NCBI GenBank assembly: GCA_964443565.1
Contig: CAYUCT010000003.1
Coordinates: 1 to 59,565 of the forward strand
Source: Candidatus Woesearchaeota archaeon
GTDB taxonomy: Archaea > Nanobdellota > Nanobdellia > Pacearchaeales > UBA284
Direction of reading: 5' to 3'
Length of the DNA stretch: 59,565 nucleotides
Shown here in pieces: positions 9,803 through 18,548 of the stretch; positions within the stretch are counted from its first letter, which is position 1; each line of letters begins with the position of its first letter. A program made the position numbers and the translations under genes. The notes beneath the pieces are model-generated. The model made no database searches, had not been told where the DNA came from, and saw only the letters and a list, made by a program, of their open reading frames with translations.

Positions 9803-10081
9803 TTTTTTTTATTTTTAATTTGTTTTTTTATTTTTTTATTTAAAATTGTATTTTTTTATTAGAAATTTATTAAAAAATAGATTAGAAAATTCTTAAGAAA
9901 ACTTTTTAAACTACTAAAATTTAGTTGTACTAAATAAAAGCACAACCATCGGGGGAAAATCTAGTTCTTATTGAAAAATAACGTATGTTACCTTTCTATT
10001 TAATTAAAACATATAAAATTGGTATTTAAACATTTCTAATTTTATGTGTTGAATAAAATAAAAAATTTGAGGAAAAAAAAG

Positions 10082-11158
10082 ATGGCATTAGATTTTGCAA
10101 AAGAAGCAATTGAAGGTGTTGGAAAATACGGAATTAATTTTGAAGAACTTAAAGCCGGAAAAGCCAGCATTAAAGTTATTGGTTTGGGTGGAGCAGGATG
10201 TAACGCAATTACTTGGTTATATAACAAAGGAATTACAGGAGCAACTGTTTTCGCAGCAAACACAGATGCATTACATTTAAGTGTATGTAAAGCAGATGAA
10301 AAAATTCTTATCGGAAAAGAATTAACAAGAGGTCTTGGATGTGGCGGATATCCTGAAAAAGGAAGAGAAGCTGCAAAAGAGGCAATGGTAGATTTAAAGA
10401 GAGCAGTTAGTGGAGCGGACATGGTTTTCTTAGTTGCAGGTATGGGTGGGGGAACAGGAACAGGTTCTGCACCAGTTGTTGCACAACTTGCAAAAGAAGT
10501 AGGTGCAGTAACAATCGGAGTAGTTACAATGCCTTTCGAAACAGAAAGAGCAAGAATTGATAAAGCAGAATTTGGATTGCAACAATTAAGAGAAGTAACT
10601 GATACAGTTATTGTAATAGACAACAATAGATTAGTTGATATTGCAGGAAACTTACCAGTAGAACAAGCTTTTGCTGTAGCAAACGAATTGATCTCAACTA
10701 TGATAAAAGGTATTGTAGAAACAATTACAATCCCTTCTTTGATTAACCTGGATTATGCCGATGTTTCCGCAATTATGAAAAACGGAGATGTTGCTGTAAT
10801 TGGTATTGGTGAATCAGATACACAAAACAGAGTTGAAGAAGCAGTTAAGCAAGCTTTGAGTCATCCATTATTGGATATCGACTATAAAGGAGCAACCGGT
10901 TCTTTAATCCATATAATTTGTGGTGAAGATTTGAAGTTAGAAGAATTAAACAACATTGGTCAATTAATTACTGAAAACTTAAGTCCAGATGCACAAGTTA
11001 TTATTGGAGCAAGAATTAATAGAGATTTCAAGGGAAGAGTAAGAGTTATTACAATCATAACCGGAGTTAAATCTCCTTATGTATTGGGTAATCAAAAGCA
11101 AGCTGAATCTTACACAGGTCACGCTATGTCTGATCTTGGCGTAGAATTTTATAGATAA
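10082..11158 (+). CDS. ftsZ: Cell division GTPase FtsZ
   Basis: GLGGAGCNA and GMGGGTGTG tubulin signature. I chose ATG 10082 (preceded by GAGG) over the GTG at 10046 in the ORF track. Confidence 0.95.
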   Translation: MALDFAKEAIEGVGKYGINFEELKAGKASIKVIGLGGAGCNAITWLYNKGITGATVFAANTDALHLSVCKADEKILIGKELTRGLGCGGYPEKGREAAKEAMVDLKRAVSGADMVFLVAGMGGGTGTGSAPVVAQLAKEVGAVTIGVVTMPFETERARIDKAEFGLQQLREVTDTVIVIDNNRLVDIAGNLPVEQAFAVANELISTMIKGIVETITIPSLINLDYADVSAIMKNGDVAVIGIGESDTQNRVEEAVKQALSHPLLDIDYKGATGSLIHIICGEDLKLEELNNIGQLITENLSPDAQVIIGARINRDFKGRVRVITIITGVKSPYVLGNQKQAESYTGHAMSDLGVEFYR

Positions 11159-11176
11159 ATAATTTGTTAAGCTAAG

Positions 11177-11200
11177 GGGCGCATCAGCGCCCTTTTTCTT
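11177..11200 (+). terminator. GC hairpin plus T-tract downstream of ftsZ
   Basis: GGGCGC-atca-GCGCCC followed by TTTTTCTTTT. It continues into a (CTTTT)n pyrimidine tract running to about 11240. Confidence 0.5.
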
Positions 11201-11290
11201 TTCTTTTCTTTTCTTTTTTTCTTTTCTTTTATTTTTTTTAATGTTTTTAATCACAACAATATATTTAAACAAAAAAGTATAATTTGACCT

Positions 11291-11998
11291 ATGGGCATGG
11301 ATAATATTTTATTTTTTGATGGAATAGATTATTTAACCGAAGAAGAGTTCAATGAAAGAATAAATGATATTTCTTTTTATCAAGGTATTGAATTAGCACT
11401 TTATGACGGGGGATTTCTAACATTATTTTCTAATAAAAATACTTCTGAATTTTATTCTATTTTAAAATTTTCAAAAGATAAAAAATTAATTTTAAGAGAT
11501 AAAAATAATTCGTTAAGCGGTCTTTTGCAAAATACTTCTTTGCGTTATAGACAGATTTTTAATAGTTCTATTGGAAAAAAGAAAAAAATAAATTATGAGA
11601 TAATTAATAAGAATAATAATGCAAACATAAATCGTTTTGATAAAATAAAGGATTTAAATACTCCTTGTTTAGATAAAAAACCATTAGAATTTTGGTTATT
11701 TAATATGGGGTTTATGCAGGTAAGTTTTAACAATAAAAAAATTTTTGAATTTGATATATTTCAATATTCTGCATTAAATAAAAAAAATCAAATTAATTTT
11801 CAAAAATATCTGAGAAATAAAAAATTTTGTTTTTTTTCAGAAAATTATAATTCTTTTTTTAATGGTATTAAAAATATTGATAAATCTCTTTTTAATGTTC
11901 CAAATTTAAATAAAACAGATTGGGAAAAAGAGACATTCTTAAAATATAATCAATTTTTAATTCTTGAAACTTATAAAAATTATAATATTAAAAAATAA
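11291..11998 (+). CDS. Hypothetical protein
   Basis: 235-aa Asn/Lys-rich ORF with no motif recognised. Confidence 0.4.
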   Translation: MGMDNILFFDGIDYLTEEEFNERINDISFYQGIELALYDGGFLTLFSNKNTSEFYSILKFSKDKKLILRDKNNSLSGLLQNTSLRYRQIFNSSIGKKKKINYEIINKNNNANINRFDKIKDLNTPCLDKKPLEFWLFNMGFMQVSFNNKKIFEFDIFQYSALNKKNQINFQKYLRNKKFCFFSENYNSFFNGIKNIDKSLFNVPNLNKTDWEKETFLKYNQFLILETYKNYNIKK

Positions 11999-12088
11999 TT
12001 TGAGAAAGATTTTTTTCCAATAAATTTTATACACACAAATGTGTATAAAAAACATAAGATTTATAAATTCTAAAAGACCATTTATTTT

Positions 12089-12424
12089 ATGTTATTAAGT
12101 AAAAAAGCAATAATTTCAATAAATCAAGAATTCGATAAAGGAGTTGTTGTAAATGAGAATAGCTTGGATTATGTAATTAAATTGGGTAAGAAATCAAATA
12201 ATTGGCTGAAATCTCTTGCAATGATTGTAAGAGCAATATTAATTGATCATATTTTTGAAGAAGGAAATAAAAGAACTGCCGCAGCAGTAATTATGACTTA
12301 TTTAGAAATGGAAAATTTGCATTATAATACCGATAAAATAAATCATATGATAATTAAAATTTTAAAACACAACATCACGAATATTGATGAAATAATGATA
12401 TTAATAAAAAATGTTACAGAATAA
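12089..12424 (+). CDS. doc: Doc (death-on-curing)/Fic family toxin
   Basis: Doc-type Fic motif HIFEEGNKRTA in a 111-aa ORF. Confidence 0.8.
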   Translation: MLLSKKAIISINQEFDKGVVVNENSLDYVIKLGKKSNNWLKSLAMIVRAILIDHIFEEGNKRTAAAVIMTYLEMENLHYNTDKINHMIIKILKHNITNIDEIMILIKNVTE

Positions 12425-12704
12425 AAATATCAAAAATAATACTGAAATAGGAAAAGACGATAAAAGATTCATTGAAATAGCAAGAAATTTAATTAAAAAA
12501 AATCCCGAAGTTTTTGAAGCATTGATGGATTTTGAAAGAACAAAAAAACTCCCAAAACTCTCAAGAAAGGAGAGAATTAATCTTACAATAGATTCTGCTC
12601 TCTTAAAAAAATTTAGAGATTATTGTAGAACAAATAACAAGGTTATGTCTAAGATAATTGAAGAAAAAATTAAAGAAGAACTTGGAAAAAAAGCACTAAA
12701 TTAA
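12411..12704 (+). CDS. Ribbon-helix-helix (CopG-like) protein, putative cognate antitoxin
   Basis: RINLTIDSALLKKFRDYC...MSKIIEEKIKEEL is an RHH-like pattern. It overlaps the doc 3' end by 14 nt. Confidence 0.55.
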   Translation: MLQNKNIKNNTEIGKDDKRFIEIARNLIKKNPEVFEALMDFERTKKLPKLSRKERINLTIDSALLKKFRDYCRTNNKVMSKIIEEKIKEELGKKALN

Positions 12705-12894
12705 TGAAAGGGAAAACATTTATTAATACCTGTTTGTAATAATTAATATAAAAAGAGGCAGGTGGAAGTTAATATAATTTTGAGATTATGAAACTAATTT
12801 ATTAACTATTATTAAAATATCTTCGGAGAGATTATAAAATAAAAATTTTATGTTCCCCTTAGCCTTTAAAGATATCGAATAATGAGATTTCTGG

Positions 12895-12918
12895 GGCCGG
12901 CTTCGGCCGGCCTTTATT
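12895..12918 (+). terminator. Perfect GC hairpin with UUCG loop plus T-rich tail
   Basis: GGCCGGC-ttcg-GCCGGCC followed by TTTATTT. It directly abuts hairpin-array element A. Confidence 0.45.
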
Positions 12919-12919
12919 T

Positions 12920-13216
12920 ATAATACTAAAAAACAGAAACCTAGAAAAGCTTTGCTTTTCTGGTCCAGAAAATTATCTAATTTTCTTGGAACTGTTTGCC
13001 TTTAGGTAACAGATGAATGTCCTCAAAAATATTCTATTTTTGGGACGCAGAAAATCTTTTAGATTTTCTATGCGTTTTCTGTTTTTGGTACTAGGAAAAC
13101 AATGTTTTCCTGTACATGAAATTATTCAATTTCATAGTATCCCGAAATTCAAAGCAAACCACCCATTTTAATGGGGGGTGATAGGGATTTCGTGATTTAG
13201 CAATCGCTAAATTATT
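12920..13216. repeat. Hairpin-array element, copy A (conserved scaffold plus about 9 short hairpins)
   Basis: Shares with 49608-49835: ATAATACTA.AAAACAGAAACC; (G)GTTTTCTGTTTT; TATCCCGAAAT(T)CAAA..CAAACCAC; GATTTCGTGAT. The interior holds perfect A-run/T-run hairpins with G/C clamps. Confidence 0.7.
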
Positions 13217-13245
13217 TTGTTCAAAATTTATTTTTAGAAATAAAA

Positions 13246-13461
13246 TTATTTTTTGCAAAAAAATTCTAAATTTATATGACAAGAAATTCCAAATGTTTCT
13301 TCTAAGCATTTTTGATATTTTTTTACTTTTTTTTGAGCGTCGTCTAAATTTTTTGCTTTAAATTCATAAATTTTATTTGTGCTATTGAAATTAAGATATT
13401 CTTTGTTATTCTGTTTCTGAGTAAAGTATTTGCTTATTATAAAATTTGAAATATATTCCAT
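13246..13461 (-). CDS. Hypothetical small protein
   Basis: 71-aa ORF, weakly supported. Confidence 0.3.
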   Translation of the reverse strand: MEYISNFIISKYFTQKQNNKEYLNFNSTNKIYEFKAKNLDDAQKKVKKYQKCLEETFGISCHINLEFFCKK

Positions 13462-13492
13462 TTTGATTATTAAAATAATTTTTAAGATATTA

Positions 13493-14146
13493 TTAAATAT
13501 CTAAGTCGTAGAAACCTTGTCCCCTATTTGCTGTTTTTGCTTCTTCCAATTTTTGTTTTGCTTTTGATCTTGCATCTTCTACTAGCGCTTCTTGGTTTTT
13601 TATCTGATTTCTTACTTGGTTTGCTTCAAATGGTTTTCCAATCTTATCATATAACCCGACTAACTTTTCTCTTACCCTTTGTCCTTCTTCAAATGGAAAA
13701 CCTGGAAGAGATAATAATCGATTATAAACCATAATTGCCTTTGTTTGTTTCTTTTCACTTTCGTAATTTCTTGCAATATTCAAATAAATATCAAACATTT
13801 TTCTTAATAATTCTTTTTTCTCTCTTTCTGAACAAATTACAATTGCTTTTCTAAATGCATCATCAGCACTGAAATAATCGTCTGCTTTAATAAACATCTC
13901 TCCGGTTTTAAAAAATAAAGGTTTTTTTTCAAAATCTGTCACAGTTAGATCAGAAGCAATTTGATAATGTTTTGCAGCATTATTCCACCATTTTTTTTCT
14001 TCATACATTTTTCCAATCATAATCATCGCTTCTTTCTTTACTTCAGGTAATAATCCTTTTTTTGATTCGGCTTCTAAATATTCAATTTTTCTTTCAGGAG
14101 TGTTATATTTGGTCATTCCAGAAATTAATTGTTCTTTTGTTAACAT
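13493..14146 (-). CDS. TPR-like helical repeat protein, hypothetical
   Basis: A..Y/W..A helical-repeat pattern. 217 aa. Confidence 0.45.
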   Translation of the reverse strand: MLTKEQLISGMTKYNTPERKIEYLEAESKKGLLPEVKKEAMIMIGKMYEEKKWWNNAAKHYQIASDLTVTDFEKKPLFFKTGEMFIKADDYFSADDAFRKAIVICSEREKKELLRKMFDIYLNIARNYESEKKQTKAIMVYNRLLSLPGFPFEEGQRVREKLVGLYDKIGKPFEANQVRNQIKNQEALVEDARSKAKQKLEEAKTANRGQGFYDLDI

Positions 14147-14238
14147 TTTTTTATCCCCTTATTTATTTTTATTATTATACTTATTAAATTCTAGTTTTTA
14201 AATTTTATTGTATAAAAGAATATCTTTTTTTATTAGAT

Positions 14239-14808
14239 TTATCTTCTTGCGATTATTGGTTTATCTTTTTTTCTTTCTTTTTCTCCCCAAGATTCAAAAA
14301 AGGTAATCATTTTTAAATCGGGTCTTCTTTTATCTGGAACAATTAATTTTGAATAAATATTTCCTATTGGAAGAACTGCTTCTACTTGTATTTTTTCTGG
14401 AATTTTTAGAATTCTTTTTATTTCTTCTTCTTGAAATGCACCAACCCAGCAACTTGCAAGATTTAATTCTGTAGCTTTTAATAACATATTTTCTATTGCT
14501 GCCCCTGCTTGTTGTCTTAAATAATTTTTTGCATCATTTCCATACGATTTTGTTAATAATGAGGTATCACTACAGACAATAAGTAAATATGGGGCATCTT
14601 TCAGAAAATCTTGATTTAAACAGGCATCGGATATTTGATTTATTTTATTTTTTTCATTTAGTATAATAATTCGTGTAGTAAAAATATTTGCTGCACAGGG
14701 GGCAAACATTGCAGAATTACAAATTTCTGCAATTTTATCAAAAGAAACGGTTTTAGAAGAATATTTTCTTATACTTCTTCTTTTTTTTAATAGATTGTTT
14801 AATTCCAT
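14239..14808 (-). CDS. Nitroreductase family protein
   Basis: RRSIRKYS N-terminal motif and a nitroreductase-like length and pattern (189 aa). Confidence 0.8.
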   Translation of the reverse strand: MELNNLLKKRRSIRKYSSKTVSFDKIAEICNSAMFAPCAANIFTTRIIILNEKNKINQISDACLNQDFLKDAPYLLIVCSDTSLLTKSYGNDAKNYLRQQAGAAIENMLLKATELNLASCWVGAFQEEEIKRILKIPEKIQVEAVLPIGNIYSKLIVPDKRRPDLKMITFFESWGEKERKKDKPIIARR

Positions 14809-14868
14809 AATCTTTACGAGTTTTAGTATTATAAAAAACTTTTCTTTTATTCTCTTTGATCTTTTTTA

Positions 14869-14908
14869 TATCTTTATATCTTTATATTTTTATATCTTTA
14901 TATTTTTA
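14869..14908. repeat. 8-bp tandem repeat (TATYTTTA x5) in a divergent promoter region
   Basis: TATCTTTA TATCTTTA TATTTTTA TATCTTTA TATTTTTA, lying between the nitroreductase gene (-) and hjc (+). These are TATA-box-like units. Confidence 0.7.
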
Positions 14909-14957
14909 TATATTATTATTTGAACAAATTTATAAACTAAATTAAATAAATGGGTTT

Positions 14958-15347
14958 ATGGGAAATAAAAAAAGAGGAACAGCAGCAGAAAGAGAACTTT
15001 TACATAAACTTTGGGATGAGGGATTTGCGTGTTGTAGGGTTGCGGGTTCTGGTTCGATTCCTGAACCAAGTTGTGATCTTTTAGCGGGAAATGGAATTGA
15101 AAAGATGGCTATAGAGGTTAAATTATCTAAAGATACAAAAAAATATTTTAAAAAAAATCAAATGGAAGAATTTCAACAATTTGCAAATATGTTTGGTTTA
15201 TCTGCAATTTTGGCGGTGAAGTTTATCAGAAAAGGTTGGTGGTTTATAAATCCTAAACAATTAAGAAAAACGCCAAAAGGTTTGTGCATATCTCTAGAAG
15301 AAATTCAAAAAAAAGGACTTTCTTTTGAAGAATTTTTAAATTGTTAA
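14958..15347 (+). CDS. hjc: Holliday junction resolvase Hjc
   Basis: RGTAAERELLHKLWDEGFACCRVAGSG...DLLAGNG...IEVK...ILAVKF matches the archaeal Hjc pattern. Confidence 0.88.
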   Translation: MGNKKRGTAAERELLHKLWDEGFACCRVAGSGSIPEPSCDLLAGNGIEKMAIEVKLSKDTKKYFKKNQMEEFQQFANMFGLSAILAVKFIRKGWWFINPKQLRKTPKGLCISLEEIQKKGLSFEEFLNC

Positions 15348-15422
15348 TGTGTTAATTTTTTAAACTTTAAATTGGATTAAATAAAAATACTTAAAAAGAG
15401 AAATAATCTTATTTTTCTATAG

Positions 15423-15493
15423 GGGGTCATAGTTCAACGGTAAAACTTCCGGCTCCAAACCGGCGATTGGGGGTTCAAATCCTCCTGACCCCA
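15423..15493 (+). tRNA. tRNA-Trp: tRNA-Trp (anticodon CCA), no encoded CCA tail
   Basis: Acceptor GGGGTCA/TGACCCC. Anticodon stem CCGG/CCGG with loop CTCCAAA. T-arm GGGGG-TTCAAAT-CCTCC. Confidence 0.85.
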
Positions 15494-15654
15494 TATAACG
15501 GATTTGAACCTGGTTCAAATCTCCTCGAAAATCAAAAGATTTTCGGGACACAATGAAATTAAGAAAATTTCATGTGCAGAAAATAAGAAATTTTCATGCG
15601 TCAAAAATTCAAAAGAATTTCTAAGCACTCCTGACCCCATATAACGGATTTGAA
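15482..15654 (+). mobile_element. 119-bp hairpin-array insert flanked by 27-bp direct repeats that include the tRNA-Trp 3' end
   Basis: CTCCTGACCCCATATAACGGATTTGAA occurs at 15482-15508 and again at 15628-15654. The insert 15509-15627 holds 4 short hairpins and a T-arm-like GGTTCAAATCTCC. Confidence 0.5.
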
Positions 15655-15719
15655 ATATGTTAAAACTATTAATTTTTAAGTTTAGTAAATATTAAAAAGC
15701 AAATTTGTATTATTCTTTT

Positions 15720-17465
15720 ATGTTTTTTTCAGAACTTTCAGAAACACTTGAAAAATTAGATGCTACAACCAAGAGATTGGAAATGTTTGAAATTTTAAGT
15801 TCATTTTTCAAAAAATCAAATTCTTCAGAAATTGATAAATTAGTTTATTTTTTGCAAGAAAAACTTTTACCTAATTTTTATGGCATTGAAATGGGTATTG
15901 CAGAAAAGATGGTAACAAAATCATTAAGTAAGGCATCTGGATTATCTGAAGAAAAAATTGAAATACTTTTTAAAAAGAAAGGAGATTTGGGATTAGTAGC
16001 AGAAGAAATTCTCTCAAAAAAACAACCAACTTTATTTAAAACTAAAGAACCAACAATTAATGAAGTTTATGAAGAATTATTAAAAATTGCAAAAATTTCT
16101 GGAGATGGAAGTAATTCTAGAAAGATTGATATGTTAACCGGATTAATAACTCGAGTTTCTGGAAACGACGCGAGATATATTATCAGATTTGTTCTCGGTA
16201 GTTTAAGATTGGGTGTAGGGGATCCAACAATTATGGATTCTTTGGGGAAGGTTTTTAGAGAAGATAGATCATTTAGACAAGAAATAGAAAAGGTATATAA
16301 TCTTTGTTCTGACTTGGGTTTAGTTGCAAAAACATTATTTGAAAAAGGTGAAAAAGGAATTAAAGATTTTAAAATTAAAGTTAATTCTCCAATTAGAATG
16401 GCGCTAGCTGAAAGATTGCCAAATTCAAAATCAATAATTGAAAAAATAGGGAGATGTGCCGTCGAAACAAAATATGATGGGATAAGAATTCAATGGCATT
16501 TAGAAAATGGAAATGTTAAATTATTTTCAAGAAATTTAGAAAATATGACCGCGATGTTCCCGGATTTAGTAAAGGGAATAAAAGATCAAATAAAAGCAAA
16601 ATCTGCAATTGGAGAAGGGGAAGCAGTAGCATATAACGATGAAACAGGGGAATTTTATCCATTTCAAATAACAATAACTCGAAAAAGAAAATATAACATT
16701 GAAAAACAAGCCAAAGATCATCCATTAGTTTTATTTTCATTTGATATTCTTTATATTGATGGAAAAGATTTAACTCAGGAACCTTATTTAATTCGAAGAG
16801 AAAGACTTTCTAAATTAATTAAAAAAGGATTTACAATTAGAGAAGCAGATAAAATTATTACAGATGATCCAAAAAAAGTAGAATCCTTTTTTGAAGAAAA
16901 TATTGGAAAGGGGACAGAAGGGATAATTGCAAAAAGATTAGATTCACCTTATCAAGCAGGAGCAAGAAATTTTAATTGGATAAAATTAAAGAGAAGTTAC
17001 AAGGGGGAATTAAATGATACAATTGATGTTGTTATAATTGGTTATTTTAAAGGAAAAGGAATGCGAAATAAATTTGGAATTGGTGCATTACTTGGGGCAA
17101 TTTATGATAAAGAATCAGATACATTCAAAAGTATTGCAAAAATTGGTTCTGGTTTAACCGAGGAGAATTGGGTTGAATTAAGAAAATTATTAGATAAAAT
17201 AAAAACAGATAAAAAACCATTGAGAGTAGACACATTAATTGAACCCGATGTTTATTGCATGCCCAAATATGTTTTTACTATTATGGCTGACGAGATAACT
17301 AAATCTCCAATACATACTGCAGGGAAGAAAAAAATTTCTGATGTAGGTTACGCTTTAAGATTTCCAAGAATACAAGGTTGGATAAGGGATAAAAATTCCG
17401 AAGATGCTACTGAGACAAAAGAAATTATTGAAATGTTTAAAATGCAAATTAAAATGAAAGAATAA
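15720..17465 (+). CDS. lig: ATP-dependent DNA ligase
   Basis: Adenylation motif ETKYDGIR, EGIIAK and the C-terminal OB region LRFPRI. I chose ATG 15720; the ORF track starts at TTG 15705. Confidence 0.93.
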   Translation: MFFSELSETLEKLDATTKRLEMFEILSSFFKKSNSSEIDKLVYFLQEKLLPNFYGIEMGIAEKMVTKSLSKASGLSEEKIEILFKKKGDLGLVAEEILSKKQPTLFKTKEPTINEVYEELLKIAKISGDGSNSRKIDMLTGLITRVSGNDARYIIRFVLGSLRLGVGDPTIMDSLGKVFREDRSFRQEIEKVYNLCSDLGLVAKTLFEKGEKGIKDFKIKVNSPIRMALAERLPNSKSIIEKIGRCAVETKYDGIRIQWHLENGNVKLFSRNLENMTAMFPDLVKGIKDQIKAKSAIGEGEAVAYNDETGEFYPFQITITRKRKYNIEKQAKDHPLVLFSFDILYIDGKDLTQEPYLIRRERLSKLIKKGFTIREADKIITDDPKKVESFFEENIGKGTEGIIAKRLDSPYQAGARNFNWIKLKRSYKGELNDTIDVVIIGYFKGKGMRNKFGIGALLGAIYDKESDTFKSIAKIGSGLTEENWVELRKLLDKIKTDKKPLRVDTLIEPDVYCMPKYVFTIMADEITKSPIHTAGKKKISDVGYALRFPRIQGWIRDKNSEDATETKEIIEMFKMQIKMKE

Positions 17466-17556
17466 ATGAATAGATTATTTAATTATTAATATAAAATATA
17501 ATCTAAAATATAAACTATAAATTAAAAATTAAAGAGTATAAACTAAAAATTATAAA

Positions 17557-18354
17557 ATGACAAATAAAGGGGATTTAAAATTTGGACCAGGTGGTTTTGG
17601 AATGCCTACAGATGAAGCAATTCCAAAACTGAATAAAGATGGTTTATCTGCTGCAGAAATTGAATTTACCTATGGCGTAAATATTTCTAATGATACTGCA
17701 AAAAGAATTGGAGATCTTGCAAAAAAATTTAATGTTAAATTAAGCATTCATGCTCCTTATTATATTAATTTAAATTCTGAAGATAAGCAGAAAATTTTTA
17801 TGAGCAAAAAAAGAATTTTAGATTCTTGCGAAAGAGCAAACTATTTGGGTGCAGAGTATGTTGTTTTTCATCCTGCTTTTTATTTAAAAAAAGATAAAGA
17901 AGAGGTTTATCAAATTGTTAAAAAAGAAATAATTGAAATGATGGAATACATAAATAAAAAAAATTGGAAAGTAAAACTTGCTCCTGAAACAACAGGAAAA
18001 GAAAGTCAATTTGGTTCAATAGATGAATTAATTAGATTACATAAAGAAACAGGATGTTTTTTTTGTATTGATTTTGCACATTTAAAAGCAAGGAATAATG
18101 GAAAAGTAGATTATGATAAAGTATTTGAAAAATTAAAAAAAACAGGAATAAATAAATTGCATTGTCATTTTTCTGGAATTGAATATACAAGCAAAGGAGA
18201 AAAGAGACACATTAAAACTTCTAAAGAAAATTGGAATGAAATTCTTCCACTATTTAAAAAATTTGGAATATCCGGAACAATTATTAATGAAAGTCCGGAT
18301 AATTGGAGTGATTCATTGCAAGGATTAAGAATTTGGGATTCTTTAAATAAATAG
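17557..18354 (+). CDS. Endonuclease IV-like AP endonuclease (xylose isomerase-like TIM barrel)
   Basis: IHAPYYINL, VVFHP, PETTGK, CIDFAHL and HCHFSG resemble the metal-ligand motifs of the Nfo family. Confidence 0.65.
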   Translation: MTNKGDLKFGPGGFGMPTDEAIPKLNKDGLSAAEIEFTYGVNISNDTAKRIGDLAKKFNVKLSIHAPYYINLNSEDKQKIFMSKKRILDSCERANYLGAEYVVFHPAFYLKKDKEEVYQIVKKEIIEMMEYINKKNWKVKLAPETTGKESQFGSIDELIRLHKETGCFFCIDFAHLKARNNGKVDYDKVFEKLKKTGINKLHCHFSGIEYTSKGEKRHIKTSKENWNEILPLFKKFGISGTIINESPDNWSDSLQGLRIWDSLNK

Positions 18355-18548
18355 AATAAATAAAATAAATAATCCCATTTTTTTAACAAATTTCTAATTT
18401 ACTAACACTTAGTAACAACACCGTCGATAAATGGGAAAGATTTTTAAATGGATTGAACTAAAAAGATATGACAAATTGGCTAAGGGGAAATTCTTCTGTA
18501 GCCATTTTGTTAATTTATTAAATAAATAAAATAGGTAAAATATAAAAA

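Noticed and set aside
11192-11240. (CTTTT)n pyrimidine tract after ftsZ as a possible functional microsatellite.
   Set aside because: It is most simply an extended T-rich termination region following the GC hairpin. There is nothing further to support a separate function.
13091-13309. ORF of 72 aa overlapping hairpin-array element A. Similarly ORF 29346-29540 and the N-terminal extension of 33655-33852.
   Set aside because: These readings run through structured or repeat non-coding sequence. They have no start context or motif and are probably spurious.
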